64,000 nt of DNA, from assembly GCF_035084215.1 (NCBI RefSeq), contig NC_090351.1, forward strand, positions 16,988,001 to 17,052,000. Reading direction: 5' to 3'. How positions within the stretch are numbered: the first letter of the stretch is position 1; each line of letters opens with the position of its first letter. The notes under the pieces are model-generated. The model made no database searches. It was not told the DNA's origin and saw nothing but the letters and a program-made list of their open reading frames with translations. This document shows positions 62,936 to 64,000 of the stretch, piece by piece. Position numbers and translations under genes: made by a program. This stretch comes from Heptranchias perlo. Lineage: Eukaryota.

Positions 62936-63869
62936 TCTATCAACTAGAACTCTGAGGTGGTCAAGGCCATGATCCGTACCAACAGTAGTAGATCTATTTG
63001 TGTGGCAGGGTGAGACAGGCAATGTATGTCAGTTAAATAAAAAGTGAACATTTTAACAGCACTATCTTGTTAAGCACTGTGGGAGATTTTTCTATGGTGC
63101 TATATAAATGCAAGTTTATTAGCTTATTGTGCAATGATCTGAATTACTGACCACTGGGAACTAATTATTGACATTCCTCCTGAGCTCCAAATGTCCTTGA
63201 AATGCCTAGGAATGCGTTTATTTATTAAAATGCATAATATATGCACTCTACTGCAATGGTTGTACTTACAACTGAATTGCTCTAACCAGCTCTCTATCCT
63301 CTATTCCAGCACAGAACTTGTGCAAACACTACAGCCACAGTAAGATGATGTCAGAAGTGTTTTCCTCTGTGCTGTTGGTTCTCCCCCCTCTATTGTTCAG
63401 TCAGATGATGGATCATTTCCTATAACGGAGACAGTCATACCATAATGTCTCATTTTAATCTGTTTTGGTCAATACTCTGGATTCTGTCACAACAGATTTA
63501 GAACGCAATGTGCTGTTAAAGTTGTAATGTAATTTTATGCCTGAGGATTTGCAAAGTTTTACTCAAAATATTTAATAGATTAGATATTAAGACATATATT
63601 AATAGCTGGAACTTTTTAAAATTGTTCAAGAAAATTGAATGAGTTCAGATTCTCTTATCACAAACAGGCAGTAATCTGAATTGACTGGCTGCATGACCAG
63701 TTAACCAATAAGGCAATGTGTACCCAATGCGAGTAAAACATATTTAGCTTTGTAGGCAAGTAGAGAGAGGTCTATCAACCAGAACTCAGAGGTGGTCAAG
63801 GCTAGAGTTTTCCATGATCCATACCGACAGTAGTACATCTATTTATGTGGCAGGGTGAGACAGGCAATG
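62936..63869 (+). repeat. Pair of ~90-100 bp diverged direct repeats (62936-63024, 63771-63869)
   Basis: TCTATCAAC.AGAACTC.GAGGTGGTCAAGGC..CATGATCC.TACC.ACAGTAGTA.ATCTATTT.TGTGGCAGGGTGAGACAGGCAATG occurs twice; copy 2 has a 10-nt insertion. Confidence 0.9.
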
Positions 63870-64000
63870 GCAGTTTCTCCTTCGTTTAACTTATTTCTTT
63901 GATTGAAAAGGCAATGCTGCAACAATTGCCTGATACCTGTTGAAGTATCTGCTTTCAATTCCTAAATCAGGAGCTGCAAGGTTTTCAAAAGCCAGAACTG

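Noticed and set aside
1-64000. Exons of expected PHLDA neighbours (CSRP1, TNNI1, NAP1L1/4) and tRNA/rRNA genes
   Set aside because: None recognised by eye; small exons could have been missed, so TBLASTN and tRNAscan-SE are needed to confirm absence.

Overview
Eukaryotic, repeat-dense vertebrate DNA, most likely a cartilaginous fish (shark), inferred from the CR1, L2, DeuSINE, Penelope and PIF/Harbinger families present. I can support only one host gene: a PH-domain-only PHLDA-family gene (best match PHLDA3). Its CDS lies in one exon (47111-47506, +), followed by an inferred ~7 kb 3'UTR intron and an ARE-rich last exon (~54477-54920). Much of the rest is transposable-element debris: two TIR-bounded two-gene Harbinger elements, MITEs, nested LINEs, SINEs and minisatellites. 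The most striking object is a 514-bp Penelope-type insertion with a 12-bp TSD. It folds into a perfect 234-bp inverted repeat that carries a minimal hammerhead ribozyme motif on each strand. Nothing here establishes a wholly new biological system; the findings are candidates needing the stated checks. Repeat boundaries without TIR/TSD support are approximate (tens of bp), and all family assignments come from motif recognition, not database search.
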